This document shows, piece by piece, positions 29,016 through 37,529 of a DNA stretch of 64,000 bases (its first letter is position 1; each line of letters starts with the position of its first letter). Location of the stretch: NCBI GenBank assembly GCA_003345545.1, contig PRDH01000078.1, positions 1 through 64,000 of the forward strand, in the 5' to 3' direction. Below the pieces are notes generated by a model. The model saw only the letters and a list, made by a program, of their open reading frames with translations. It had not been told where the DNA came from and made no database searches. The position numbers and the translations under genes are program-made. The DNA is from Candidatus Thorarchaeota archaeon (lineage in GTDB: Archaea; Asgardarchaeota; Thorarchaeia; Thorarchaeales; Thorarchaeaceae).

Positions 29016-30222
29016 TAGTCTTCCGTGGCCTGAGAAACATCGTCCGAGAACATTGGACCTCATTGTTGGCAATTCTGATGCTATTGCCTCAATAAAAGCA
29101 TGGGTCTTATCTTGGAGCAAGAGCTTGCCCGAGAGGCGGGCTGTCCTGTTGATTGGACCGCCAGGTATTGGAAAGACTGCAACTGTTGGGGCTCTGGCCA
29201 ATGAATTGAATATGGAGCTTGTTGAGTTTAATTCCAGTGATAACAGGAACAAAGACAGTATTGAAACCCTTGTCTGGAGAGCAGCGTCCCAACAGACTCT
29301 TGATGGCCGGCCCCGAATTATTCTTCTAGATGAAGTGGACGGCCTTTCGGGTACAAGTGATAGAGGCGGTGTTGGAGCGATTGTAAGGGTGATACAAGAT
29401 TCAGTTCATCCAATCATAATGACTGCTAACGATCCCGATAGCCCACGACTGAAGGACCTTTTCAAAGTCTGCCAAGTCTATCCTTTCGAGCAAATCTCGC
29501 ATGACTGTATAACAAGTGTATTGATTCAGATAGCGAAGGAGAATCATGCTGAAGTCACTCAGAGTGTCATAAACCAAATAGCAGACAACTCGGCTGGAGA
29601 CCTCCGAGCTGCTATCTCAGATCTCGAATCGTATGTCAAGAGGAATACAAAGGATTCGTCTGTTGAATCTATAACAAGAGATGCTCGGCGTGGAACGGAG
29701 GAAACTCTTCGTAGGTTGTTCATGACCACAGACCCAGATATTGCAAGGAAAGTACTATCAGAGTCTGATCTTGATCATGATGACCTGGTTCTGTGGTTGG
29801 AAGAAAACCTGCACCTTCATCTATTGACAGAGAGTGAGTTGAACGATGGATTTGATGGACTCTCTTTAGCTGATTTGGCATTAGGCAGAATAATGAGAAA
29901 CCAGGACTGGAAACTCCTGTCATATATGTATGACTTCCTCGCAACTGGTGTTGCTGGAAATAGAACTGTGACCCCATACCGTAAAGTCAGCTACTCTCAA
30001 CCAATGTGGCCACTCTTATTATGGCAGGGAAATAGGTCAAGGGACAAGCGAGGCGACGTTCTCTACGCTTTATCGAAGCTGACAGGGGTTTCAAAGAGAA
30101 GAGTAATGAGAACTCACTTCGACACAATCGTTGAGGTAATAGAACTAAGACCTAGAGTAATCAAGGATTTCGCGAGCTGGTTGAACGTTGAGAGAACATT
30201 ATTGAAGAAGAGAAGTGATTAG
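28996..30222 (+). CDS. rfcL: Replication factor C large subunit
   Basis: WPEKHRP, GPPGIGKT, EFNSSD, LDEVDG, GDLRAAISDL, WLEEN. Confidence 0.95.
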   Translation: MIPVNNDSLPWPEKHRPRTLDLIVGNSDAIASIKAWVLSWSKSLPERRAVLLIGPPGIGKTATVGALANELNMELVEFNSSDNRNKDSIETLVWRAASQQTLDGRPRIILLDEVDGLSGTSDRGGVGAIVRVIQDSVHPIIMTANDPDSPRLKDLFKVCQVYPFEQISHDCITSVLIQIAKENHAEVTQSVINQIADNSAGDLRAAISDLESYVKRNTKDSSVESITRDARRGTEETLRRLFMTTDPDIARKVLSESDLDHDDLVLWLEENLHLHLLTESELNDGFDGLSLADLALGRIMRNQDWKLLSYMYDFLATGVAGNRTVTPYRKVSYSQPMWPLLLWQGNRSRDKRGDVLYALSKLTGVSKRRVMRTHFDTIVEVIELRPRVIKDFASWLNVERTLLKKRSD

Positions 30223-31018
30223 TAAGACCGGACAGTGTTAGGTTAGACCGTCTGAGAAAATCATGATGAGTGGTCAAATAATTCTGGATTCTCCGTAATG
30301 CGTACTTACTTGTCGTAAGTCGAAAAGGCACTACAGTTTCCATGAGTACAAGGTTTTCGGGTGGCGCGGGTTCAATTCCCCCACGAATAGTCTTCTTGCC
30401 TCCATCGAGGACTTCAAGGATAGTTTCGGGCTTCATATTCTCCAAACCAATCTCGGTCAATAGTGTCACTACCTTTCGTACGAATTTCCATAGAAAACTC
30501 GTTCCGAAAATATCTAGGAACTTGATATTCGAAATCTCACCGATGGACACATTCAGCACAGTAGTGACTGTGTTCCGTCGTTCATCAGGTTTTGATAGAA
30601 AAAGAAAGTCATTCGACCCCACTACGAGAGTGATTGCCTCTCTAATACGATCTTGATTGATACTATTCCAAGATTCGTCAAGGAAGTACCTATAATGACG
30701 AATCAGAGCCCCAGAGCGTGGTTTGAATCCCTCAGGAGCTCGTGCCCACGCCCAGAGTACAATATCCTCAGGAAGATGCTTATTAATTCCATCAATGGAG
30801 AGCCGTCTGTCAGTGCTAACCATCACAAGTTGCCCAAGGCTGTGAACGCCGCGGTCAGTTCTCCCTGATAATTGAACAGTGTGGGAGGAGTGGGGTTCTC
30901 CGCTCCATTTTGAAATGGCTCTGATAAGTTCGCCCTGGACTGTTTTCAATCCGGGCTGCATTTGAGATCCATGATAATCATCTCCAAGGTAGAACAGACG
31001 TGCCAGATAGTCTGCCAT
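30161..31018 (-). CDS. truA: tRNA pseudouridine(38-40) synthase TruA
   Basis: YLGDDYHGSQMQP..TVQG, SGRTDRGVHSLGQ, RHYRY, SFLWKFVRK, PAPPENLVL. Confidence 0.93.
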   Translation of the reverse strand: MADYLARLFYLGDDYHGSQMQPGLKTVQGELIRAISKWSGEPHSSHTVQLSGRTDRGVHSLGQLVMVSTDRRLSIDGINKHLPEDIVLWAWARAPEGFKPRSGALIRHYRYFLDESWNSINQDRIREAITLVVGSNDFLFLSKPDERRNTVTTVLNVSIGEISNIKFLDIFGTSFLWKFVRKVVTLLTEIGLENMKPETILEVLDGGKKTIRGGIEPAPPENLVLMETVVPFRLTTSKYALRRIQNYLTTHHDFLRRSNLTLSGLTNHFSSSIMFSQRSTSSRNP

Positions 31019-31032
31019 CAGCTGATGCTCCT

Positions 31033-31353
31033 TTACGACTCCCAGAGGTCGAATAAACTTCGTAGAGAACGAGCTCTGAGGTCCTCAATCCTGTATCGAT
31101 ATATCTTGATTCGACCGAATCGACCGTATTTCTTCTCCTCTATAAGCCCAGAGGCCACCAGCACTTTAAGATGGGACTTGGTCGAACTGTGATTGAGATT
31201 TACTCGCCTACAAAGTTCTGAGATGTTCAGTTCTGTAGACTCCGCCAGTTCCTTTAGTATTTTGATTCTTCCACGGGATGAAAGGAGGTCTTCAATCGCA
31301 ATTTTCAAGCTGCTTTCTGCCTTCACCGATATTTCACAGCTCCTTTGAATCAA
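31033..31353 (-). CDS. Winged-helix (ArsR-like) protein coupled to cdc6
   Basis: LLSSRGRIKILKEL..ELNISELCRRVNLNHSSTKSHLKVL..GLIEEKKYGR. Confidence 0.85.
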   Translation of the reverse strand: MIQRSCEISVKAESSLKIAIEDLLSSRGRIKILKELAESTELNISELCRRVNLNHSSTKSHLKVLVASGLIEEKKYGRFGRIKIYRYRIEDLRARSLRSLFDLWES

Positions 31354-32539
31354 GAAGACGAGCTATAAAGAGCTCCAACATTTCTGCAGGAACATCAGAG
31401 AGACCAATGAGTGTTGTCTGTCCTCTCTGTCCACTTCCCGACCGCTTTGTATCTATTATTCCATGAGCATTGAGATCTTGAACCCATTCCCAGATTTGGG
31501 TGTGCGCTCTTGGTTCTTTTCCATATTCTTCGCATGCTGCACGATACATCTCCTCAACCTCCCCGATGGTAACGTAAGCGCTACGGGTTTCCTTCAGTTG
31601 GCGAGCAGTTGCTAAGAGAAACAGTTTGTGTTGAGGTGTAAGGGTACTGAATATTTCCTTCCGTAGTTCAGGATGAGTATCAGCCTTTGCTTGGCGAGCG
31701 TAATCTGGAATGACTAGGTTTGCTTGGTTACTGTCAGCTTGTTTTCCGGCTCGCCATAAAAGCTCAATGGCATATCTGGCATCGCCCCGCTCTGATGCAA
31801 TGTCTGAGATGACATGCAGAGTTTCATCCATCACAGCGTTCTTTTCAAATGCCATTTCGACTCGGTCCCTCAGAATATCATACAAAGCATCTCTACTGTA
31901 TTTGGAGAAGTGTATGATATTACGTTGAAGCGTGCTGAGTGTACTTGGATCCAGTGTGTCTTCATCAAAAGGTATTCTGCGTCCTATCGCTATGATAGAA
32001 ACACGCTGTTTTGCATTTAGTCTATCATCAGTGAGTCGTGTTAAATCGTATAGAATGTCAGCGCCTCTTTGCCTGATGAAGTAGTCAAGTTCATCAAGAA
32101 TGAGCAGAAGATACCTATCTTCTTCATCAAGGACTTCAATCAACATCTGCAATAACTCCTCAGGGGAGTGACCTCGACGAGGAAATTCGGGTTTGAATTC
32201 ACGAAGAGCCCTTAGAAACACAAGATAGTCGGTCTTGTTGACGCGGCAATTAATGTGTATATTATGAAGATTGATCTCTCTTCGTTCTGCGGCTTGCACC
32301 AATTGTTCGGCAAATCTCTTGGCTACTGCAGTCTTTCCACTTCCGACAGGCCCTTCAATAATGAATTTATGACTTGTTCTTCCTGGCGAACGGATTAGAG
32401 TTGTAAAGTTCTGAGCAAGTGTTCGAAGCTCGGTTTGGCGATGTGGAAGGCTCTCAGGTACGTAGTCTATTGATAGAAATTGTTCAGACTTGAAAACACT
32501 ACGTCTGCTCAATTCGTCTTCGACATAATCATGAGCCAT
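31334..32539 (-). CDS. cdc6: Orc1/Cdc6 replication initiator (Orc1-2-like clade by context)
   Basis: YVPESLPHR, GPVGSGKT, INCR, LDELD, GDARYAIELL, wHTH with HTQIWEWV and GQRGQTTLI. Confidence 0.96.
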   Translation of the reverse strand: MAHDYVEDELSRRSVFKSEQFLSIDYVPESLPHRQTELRTLAQNFTTLIRSPGRTSHKFIIEGPVGSGKTAVAKRFAEQLVQAAERREINLHNIHINCRVNKTDYLVFLRALREFKPEFPRRGHSPEELLQMLIEVLDEEDRYLLLILDELDYFIRQRGADILYDLTRLTDDRLNAKQRVSIIAIGRRIPFDEDTLDPSTLSTLQRNIIHFSKYSRDALYDILRDRVEMAFEKNAVMDETLHVISDIASERGDARYAIELLWRAGKQADSNQANLVIPDYARQAKADTHPELRKEIFSTLTPQHKLFLLATARQLKETRSAYVTIGEVEEMYRAACEEYGKEPRAHTQIWEWVQDLNAHGIIDTKRSGSGQRGQTTLIGLSDVPAEMLELFIARLLDSKEL

Positions 32540-32755
32540 GGCAGTCCAAAGACCATTTTATTGTAGGGTCCTTAAAAGTATTTGCAGACTATACGATTAA
32601 AAGAACATTGCGAGGGGAGATTTCCGAAAGTAATAGCGAGCTCCTAACTCAAGATCCATATCATTGTCATTTCTGACTCATCGGGGTCATGGCAATCATC
32701 ACTCGCCAATTGGATTATGACCAATACGCCGATAAACCTGACGAAATCGAAAGAG

Positions 32756-32830
32756 TGGTGCGACCGCCGGGATTCGAACCCGGGTCGCAGGCTTGGGAAG
32801 CCTGCATCATAGCCACTAGACAACGGTCGC
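32756..32830 (-). tRNA. tRNA-Gly(CCC), intronless, CCA encoded
   Basis: GCGACCG..CAGGC-TTCCCAA-GCCTG..CCGGG-TTCGAAT-CCCGG-CGGTCGC-ACCA. Confidence 0.97.
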
Positions 32831-32947
32831 AGCACAAATCATCGAAGCCAGCGTTGATAAAAGAGTATCGGGAAAAGAATTCCGGGAAGGCCCTAAGAAT
32901 ATGCTTATTTCGGATATATGGGCACAGCAACCTTGAGAGATTCAATC

Positions 32948-34078
32948 ATGGTACCTGACAGTACGAAGATCCATTTCTGGGAGGGAAATCAAGCCTGTGC
33001 TGAAGCTGCGATAGCGGCGGGGTGTAGATTCTTTGCAGGTTATCCGATAACTCCTGCATCTGAGATTGCAGAGATTATGTCTATGAGGCTACCAAAGATC
33101 GATGGAATCTATATTCAGATGGAAGATGAGATCGCGGCCATATCTGCTATCATCGGAGCAGCTTGGGGGGGAAAGATGGCGATGACTGCCACATCGGGTC
33201 CGGGCTTCAGTCTGATGCAAGAGAACATAGGATATGCGATTATGACTGAAACGCCCTGTGTTATTGTAGACGTACAGCGGGCGGGCCCCAGTACCGGACA
33301 GGCAACGAAAGCAGCTCAGGGCGATGTCATGCAAGCTAGATGGGGCACCCATGGAGACCATGAGATGATTGTATTGGCACCAGCTTCTTCTCGAGAAACA
33401 TACGAGCTCACCATTAGAGCCTTCGAACTATCGGAGAAACTCAGACATCCAGTAATACTACTGTCAGATGAGATCGTGGCACACTCGAGAGAGAAGGTGG
33501 TTGTTGACACAAAGAAAAATGTGAAAGTAGAACGAAGGTTCGCAAGACTGAACGAACCACATTTTGGCGGTGTGGACTCTGGTGGATATGCTATAATGCC
33601 AAAGTTTGGTGATGGACATAATCTGCTAGTAACAGGCTCAACACACGATGATGCAGGCTTCAGGAAAACATCAGATCCAGAAATTCATGACAAACTTGTT
33701 CGAAGAATCACAGCGAAGATTCGAGATGCACGAAGTATGCTTGATGATTATGTGATATCTGGACCGGAAACTGCTGAGTGGGGAGTCGTTTCCTTTGGGT
33801 CCACATCAAGAACCGTTGATGAGCTGATGGCTGAAAGTCATGGAACAGGTGTGAAATCGATGCGATTAAGAACAGTCTGGCCTTTTCCAGATGAAGCTGT
33901 AAGTGAATTCAGTAAGTCTGTCGATAGAATACTGGTTCCTGAGTTGAATTTGGGGCAGTTATCGCGAGAAGTTTGGCGCACAGTAAGGAATTCAATCGAT
34001 GTCATTCCACTGAACAAGATAGGCGGAGGGCGAATGATTGAACCTAGTGAGTTGCTTGAAAAAATGCTCCAATCATGA
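32948..34078 (+). CDS. korA: 2-oxoacid:ferredoxin oxidoreductase alpha subunit (KorA-like)
   Basis: GNQACA, FAGYPITPASE, QMEDEIA, ATSGPGFSLMQE, QRAGPSTG, ELNLGQ. Confidence 0.93.
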   Translation: MVPDSTKIHFWEGNQACAEAAIAAGCRFFAGYPITPASEIAEIMSMRLPKIDGIYIQMEDEIAAISAIIGAAWGGKMAMTATSGPGFSLMQENIGYAIMTETPCVIVDVQRAGPSTGQATKAAQGDVMQARWGTHGDHEMIVLAPASSRETYELTIRAFELSEKLRHPVILLSDEIVAHSREKVVVDTKKNVKVERRFARLNEPHFGGVDSGGYAIMPKFGDGHNLLVTGSTHDDAGFRKTSDPEIHDKLVRRITAKIRDARSMLDDYVISGPETAEWGVVSFGSTSRTVDELMAESHGTGVKSMRLRTVWPFPDEAVSEFSKSVDRILVPELNLGQLSREVWRTVRNSIDVIPLNKIGGGRMIEPSELLEKMLQS

Positions 34079-35772
34079 TTTGTCAGAATACAGCTGGCAT
34101 ATACTGAATGTTTCCAATCTGAACTCGTTTCAACTATGATTGTCATGTTAGTCCTCATCCAGACTGAAGTATTCACTTGCTCAGACACAGATACATGATA
34201 GGGAATCAAGAGCTCCAGACGTAGTAAATGGATACCAGGTGTTATCCAGAGCGGCAGTCCTATTGATACCATTTCGGTTGAGTTGATTTGCCCAGTTGTG
34301 ACAAAGGGACTGGTATCAATGCCATAATAGACTGAAACTGATACTAGCTCTATCGTATTGTTATTGGTATCAAGAACAGAAAGACCTAGGTCAAGAGTTT
34401 CACCGTAGTAAGCGGATAACACAGTTATGTTGACTCTGAACTCTCCAAGGATGATAAGTTGGAATGATGACGTGTCGTTCGGGAAATTATAGTACCCATT
34501 ACTGATGTGTGGATGAACCATATGAACACCAATTGACAGATTAGACCAACAGGTCATTAGGAGCGAATTGACCGAGTCTGGAGTCACGTTCATGGACAGA
34601 GATATCTCATCAAGATCGTCTAGGAAGTCTACGACAATTTCGTTGCCCCAGTCAAATTCCTCCTCGATTGAGAACTGAATGAATAGGGTATCGCCGTGTT
34701 CAACTGACCATGCGCTTTGACATGGATAGAATTGAAGTGTATTCTTGATAGCTTCGATAGGAATTGCTTTGCTGGCTGCTTGGTATTTCTGATTAATAGC
34801 TGTAACGTTGATTACGTACAATCCTGATTGTGTTCGAAATGGAATGAATATAGTATATGTGCCATTACCAACGCTCGTTAATTCGCCACTTCCAAAATTG
34901 CTGCTCCAATAGACCGTGCTATCGTCAATTCCTGTTTGATTCGTTGTTTCATGCCTGACAAGAATTTCTGCATTCTCAAAATGGCTTCCATCAGGAGACT
35001 GGCATTGAATAGACTCGGGCGCCGAAAGAAGGAAGAGAGTTGATTCTGCAGGAATCACGGATATCGGTAAGGATTCTGAAAACCCAAGAAAATCGTCATT
35101 ACCGAAGCCAGTGACCGTCAGATTGTAGACGCCTGGAAGCCTCATTGAACTACTCCAGTTGAAACTGAAAGTACCATCCAGCGTCGTTGAAATGGTATCA
35201 TTCAAAATGGTCACAGAGCTAGAATCCTCAACGCGAATATTGATGGATTCATTGGAGTATCGTATGTTGTCATCGTGAATGGATACGATCCCAAGACATA
35301 GTGTCGTATTCGTGCCTGACTGTATGGTCAATGGGGATTCGGGCAGGACTGTAAGGTGGCCTCTTGTGATGCTCACCTCAATACTATCTCCGGCACCCTG
35401 TGACACTGTATCAAACACTTCGACATTGAATAGCACATGAGCGATTATTCCACTCTCCCCAGGATTAGTATGTTGGGGTAGGATAGTATAGGAGGAGTTC
35501 ACCAGTCGTGTATTGGGCGAGGGAAGAATGAAGTATTCATCTGCATATGCCGGGCCCAAATCTGTGACAACCGCAAACGAAACATAACACCATCCCTCAG
35601 GACTAAAGTCAGCAACTAGCCCAGCAGCCATTTCAATGGTTTCACCAACCTCGTAAACCATTTTGTCAGTTTCGAAGAACTGAAAATCAAAATAGAAAGC
35701 CAACGCTCGTATGGGCAAGCCAGAAACAACTAATAGAGAGAGGATTACTACTGCAAGGGTTCTTCTCCGCAA
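33838..35772 (-). CDS. Secreted or cell-surface beta-rich (Ig-like repeat) glycoprotein
   Basis: Signal peptide MRRRTLAVVILSLLVV..ALA, many N-x-S/T sequons, beta-strand periodicity; 3' end runs antisense into korA. Confidence 0.75.
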   Translation of the reverse strand: MRRRTLAVVILSLLVVSGLPIRALAFYFDFQFFETDKMVYEVGETIEMAAGLVADFSPEGWCYVSFAVVTDLGPAYADEYFILPSPNTRLVNSSYTILPQHTNPGESGIIAHVLFNVEVFDTVSQGAGDSIEVSITRGHLTVLPESPLTIQSGTNTTLCLGIVSIHDDNIRYSNESINIRVEDSSSVTILNDTISTTLDGTFSFNWSSSMRLPGVYNLTVTGFGNDDFLGFSESLPISVIPAESTLFLLSAPESIQCQSPDGSHFENAEILVRHETTNQTGIDDSTVYWSSNFGSGELTSVGNGTYTIFIPFRTQSGLYVINVTAINQKYQAASKAIPIEAIKNTLQFYPCQSAWSVEHGDTLFIQFSIEEEFDWGNEIVVDFLDDLDEISLSMNVTPDSVNSLLMTCWSNLSIGVHMVHPHISNGYYNFPNDTSSFQLIILGEFRVNITVLSAYYGETLDLGLSVLDTNNNTIELVSVSVYYGIDTSPFVTTGQINSTEMVSIGLPLWITPGIHLLRLELLIPYHVSVSEQVNTSVWMRTNMTIIVETSSDWKHSVYASCILTNHDWSIFSSNSLGSIIRPPPILFSGMTSIEFLTVRQTSRDNCPKFNSGTSILSTDLLNSLTASSGKGQTVLNRIDFTPVP

Positions 35773-35894
35773 TTTCTAGCACCAAGAAGCTGTCTTTATG
35801 CCGCCTAAAAAAGAGCACAGGGAAACAACGACAGGTTTAATTCGAAAACGAACCAGCCTTGAATCTAAGCCCCGATGGCTCGGAGATAGTTCTC

Positions 35895-36260
35895 ATGGTA
35901 ATCAAATTCAAGGACACAAGTATTGATTCAATACAAGAAACAGAAACCAGAAGACTGAAGACACTTAAGATATCATCAAAGACCGAGGGGGTCACTCTCA
36001 CACTTGAATTACCTGAGGCACTCTGTGGAGCGTTGGCTGTTGGGGACACGGTCGGTGTTACAATCGACTCAAAGCCCATCTCAGCAGGTGAGTCATCAAA
36101 GCTTTATGTTGAAGGTAATGTGTTCAAGAAGTCTGGGAAAGAGGGTCTGGAAGTCGTTGGATCTATTGGTGGTTTGCGGCTGGTTTTGAATCTAGTGAAG
36201 TCTACGCCCAGCCAAAGTAGCACCTTTGATTCTGAGAAGTTCTATATGACATTAAAATGA
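35895..36260 (+). CDS. rpo8: RNA polymerase subunit Rpo8 (RpoG/RPB8 homolog)
   Basis: OB-fold pattern LYVEGNVFK..VGSIGGLRLVL..FYMTLK resembling RPB8 (YVMYGKVY..SYGGLLM..VYLLMK). Confidence 0.75.
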   Translation: MVIKFKDTSIDSIQETETRRLKTLKISSKTEGVTLTLELPEALCGALAVGDTVGVTIDSKPISAGESSKLYVEGNVFKKSGKEGLEVVGSIGGLRLVLNLVKSTPSQSSTFDSEKFYMTLK

Positions 36261-36425
36261 CTGGTCTTATTGGTAGTCAGAATACTTTCGGTCATCTCTT
36301 TCTGACTAGGCTCGTTCCGTTCTCGTAATAAATGACTTTGTTCGTTCTACAGTATCTCTAGCTGGTACAAATGTATGAACTATATCTGAAACCCAGTTAG
36401 GAAGGGATGCACACATCTGCTATGG

Positions 36426-37469
36426 GTGTGGTTTTTGACTGATGGAACGTACGAAACTCATTCAATATCATCGTTAACATGTCCTGACTGTGACGGTTTC
36501 TTGATTACTAGTCGAGGACATATAGTATGTGCTGAATGTGGTTTGGTCATCACAAGAGAGTATGTCCTGCCAACATACCAGATGGGTGAAGAACGATATG
36601 GTGACACTCCCGATGCTAGTGTGTATGTATCATTAGGAAATCGGATGCATATTGTGGATGGACTTGGAAGTTACATAGGATTTCATAAGGATAAGTACTT
36701 TCAAGATGCGCACGGCCAAGCCCTATCTGCTCGTGCACAAAGGAAATTCAAACGACTTAAGACAATTTATAGTACCAGAGTCAGAATTGGAAAGAATGAA
36801 GCGAAATATCGAGCTCTTAGAACTCTCAATCATGTGTCCAAATTACTGATGCTAAATGAGCAAGTGCGGGATCGTACGGCATATCTCTACAAGAAAGTAA
36901 CATCAGAAACTGCAGGGTGTGTGGGCAACAATATCCTGCTTATTGCGGTATGTCTTCTCATGGCTGTGAGGGAGTATGGGGATGAAGCCCCTATAACACT
37001 CGACGAGATAGCTGATGTGTTCGAAAAATGTGGGCACCGTGTTAATGTTAGAGCTATGGTACGGGAAGCCCTCAGACTCAAGTCAGTGACAGGGTATGCT
37101 CCGGAAATCCGAAAACCGAGAGACTATGTTCCACGAGTGCTCTCAATGCTGATAAACAACACACGAGTATCGAGCAAGGTTAAGTCCCGAGGATGGGACC
37201 TCAAATCCTATGAAAATGCACTCAGAGAGAAAATTGTGATGATTTTAGACACGATACCATCATCAAAACGCGGAGGACGTAATCCATTCATATTCACAGT
37301 GTCGGTAGCTTATGCAAGCGATCGTTTGATTGCCTATCAGAATGGAAAAAGCCCCGTTCTGACTCAAAAACTGACTTCAACAGCTACAGAAGTGGCAGAG
37401 TACAGCATTAGGGATCACTTTGGAATGATGAAGAAAATCATTGAACTTCCCAACGAAATTGTGGAGTGA
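36426..37469 (+). CDS. Divergent transcription initiation factor B (TFB/TFIIB) paralog
   Basis: Zn ribbon CPDC..IVCAECGLV, GLGSYIG, two cyclin-like repeats, GRNP, LTQK..EVAEYSIR. Confidence 0.85.
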   Translation: MWFLTDGTYETHSISSLTCPDCDGFLITSRGHIVCAECGLVITREYVLPTYQMGEERYGDTPDASVYVSLGNRMHIVDGLGSYIGFHKDKYFQDAHGQALSARAQRKFKRLKTIYSTRVRIGKNEAKYRALRTLNHVSKLLMLNEQVRDRTAYLYKKVTSETAGCVGNNILLIAVCLLMAVREYGDEAPITLDEIADVFEKCGHRVNVRAMVREALRLKSVTGYAPEIRKPRDYVPRVLSMLINNTRVSSKVKSRGWDLKSYENALREKIVMILDTIPSSKRGGRNPFIFTVSVAYASDRLIAYQNGKSPVLTQKLTSTATEVAEYSIRDHFGMMKKIIELPNEIVE

Positions 37470-37529
37470 CGGGTTATCTCCTATCAGCGTACGTGACAAA
37501 GAAAAACCAATCCACGGAGACGTTGCCGC

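Noticed and set aside
25125-30222. Inteins in MCM or RFC
   Set aside because: Protein lengths are standard and the Walker A regions are uninterrupted
32540-32755. Replication origin directly upstream of cdc6 (GAGGGGAGATTTCCGAAAG)
   Set aside because: The G-run and GAAA elements are not in ORB order or spacing, and there is no repeated box; much better ORBs occur at 51.9 and 56.1 kb
32644-32958. Short ORFs over tRNA-Gly, and likewise over tRNA-Pro (21425-21670) and tRNA-Glu (39704-39907)
   Set aside because: Shadow ORFs of GC-rich tRNA genes
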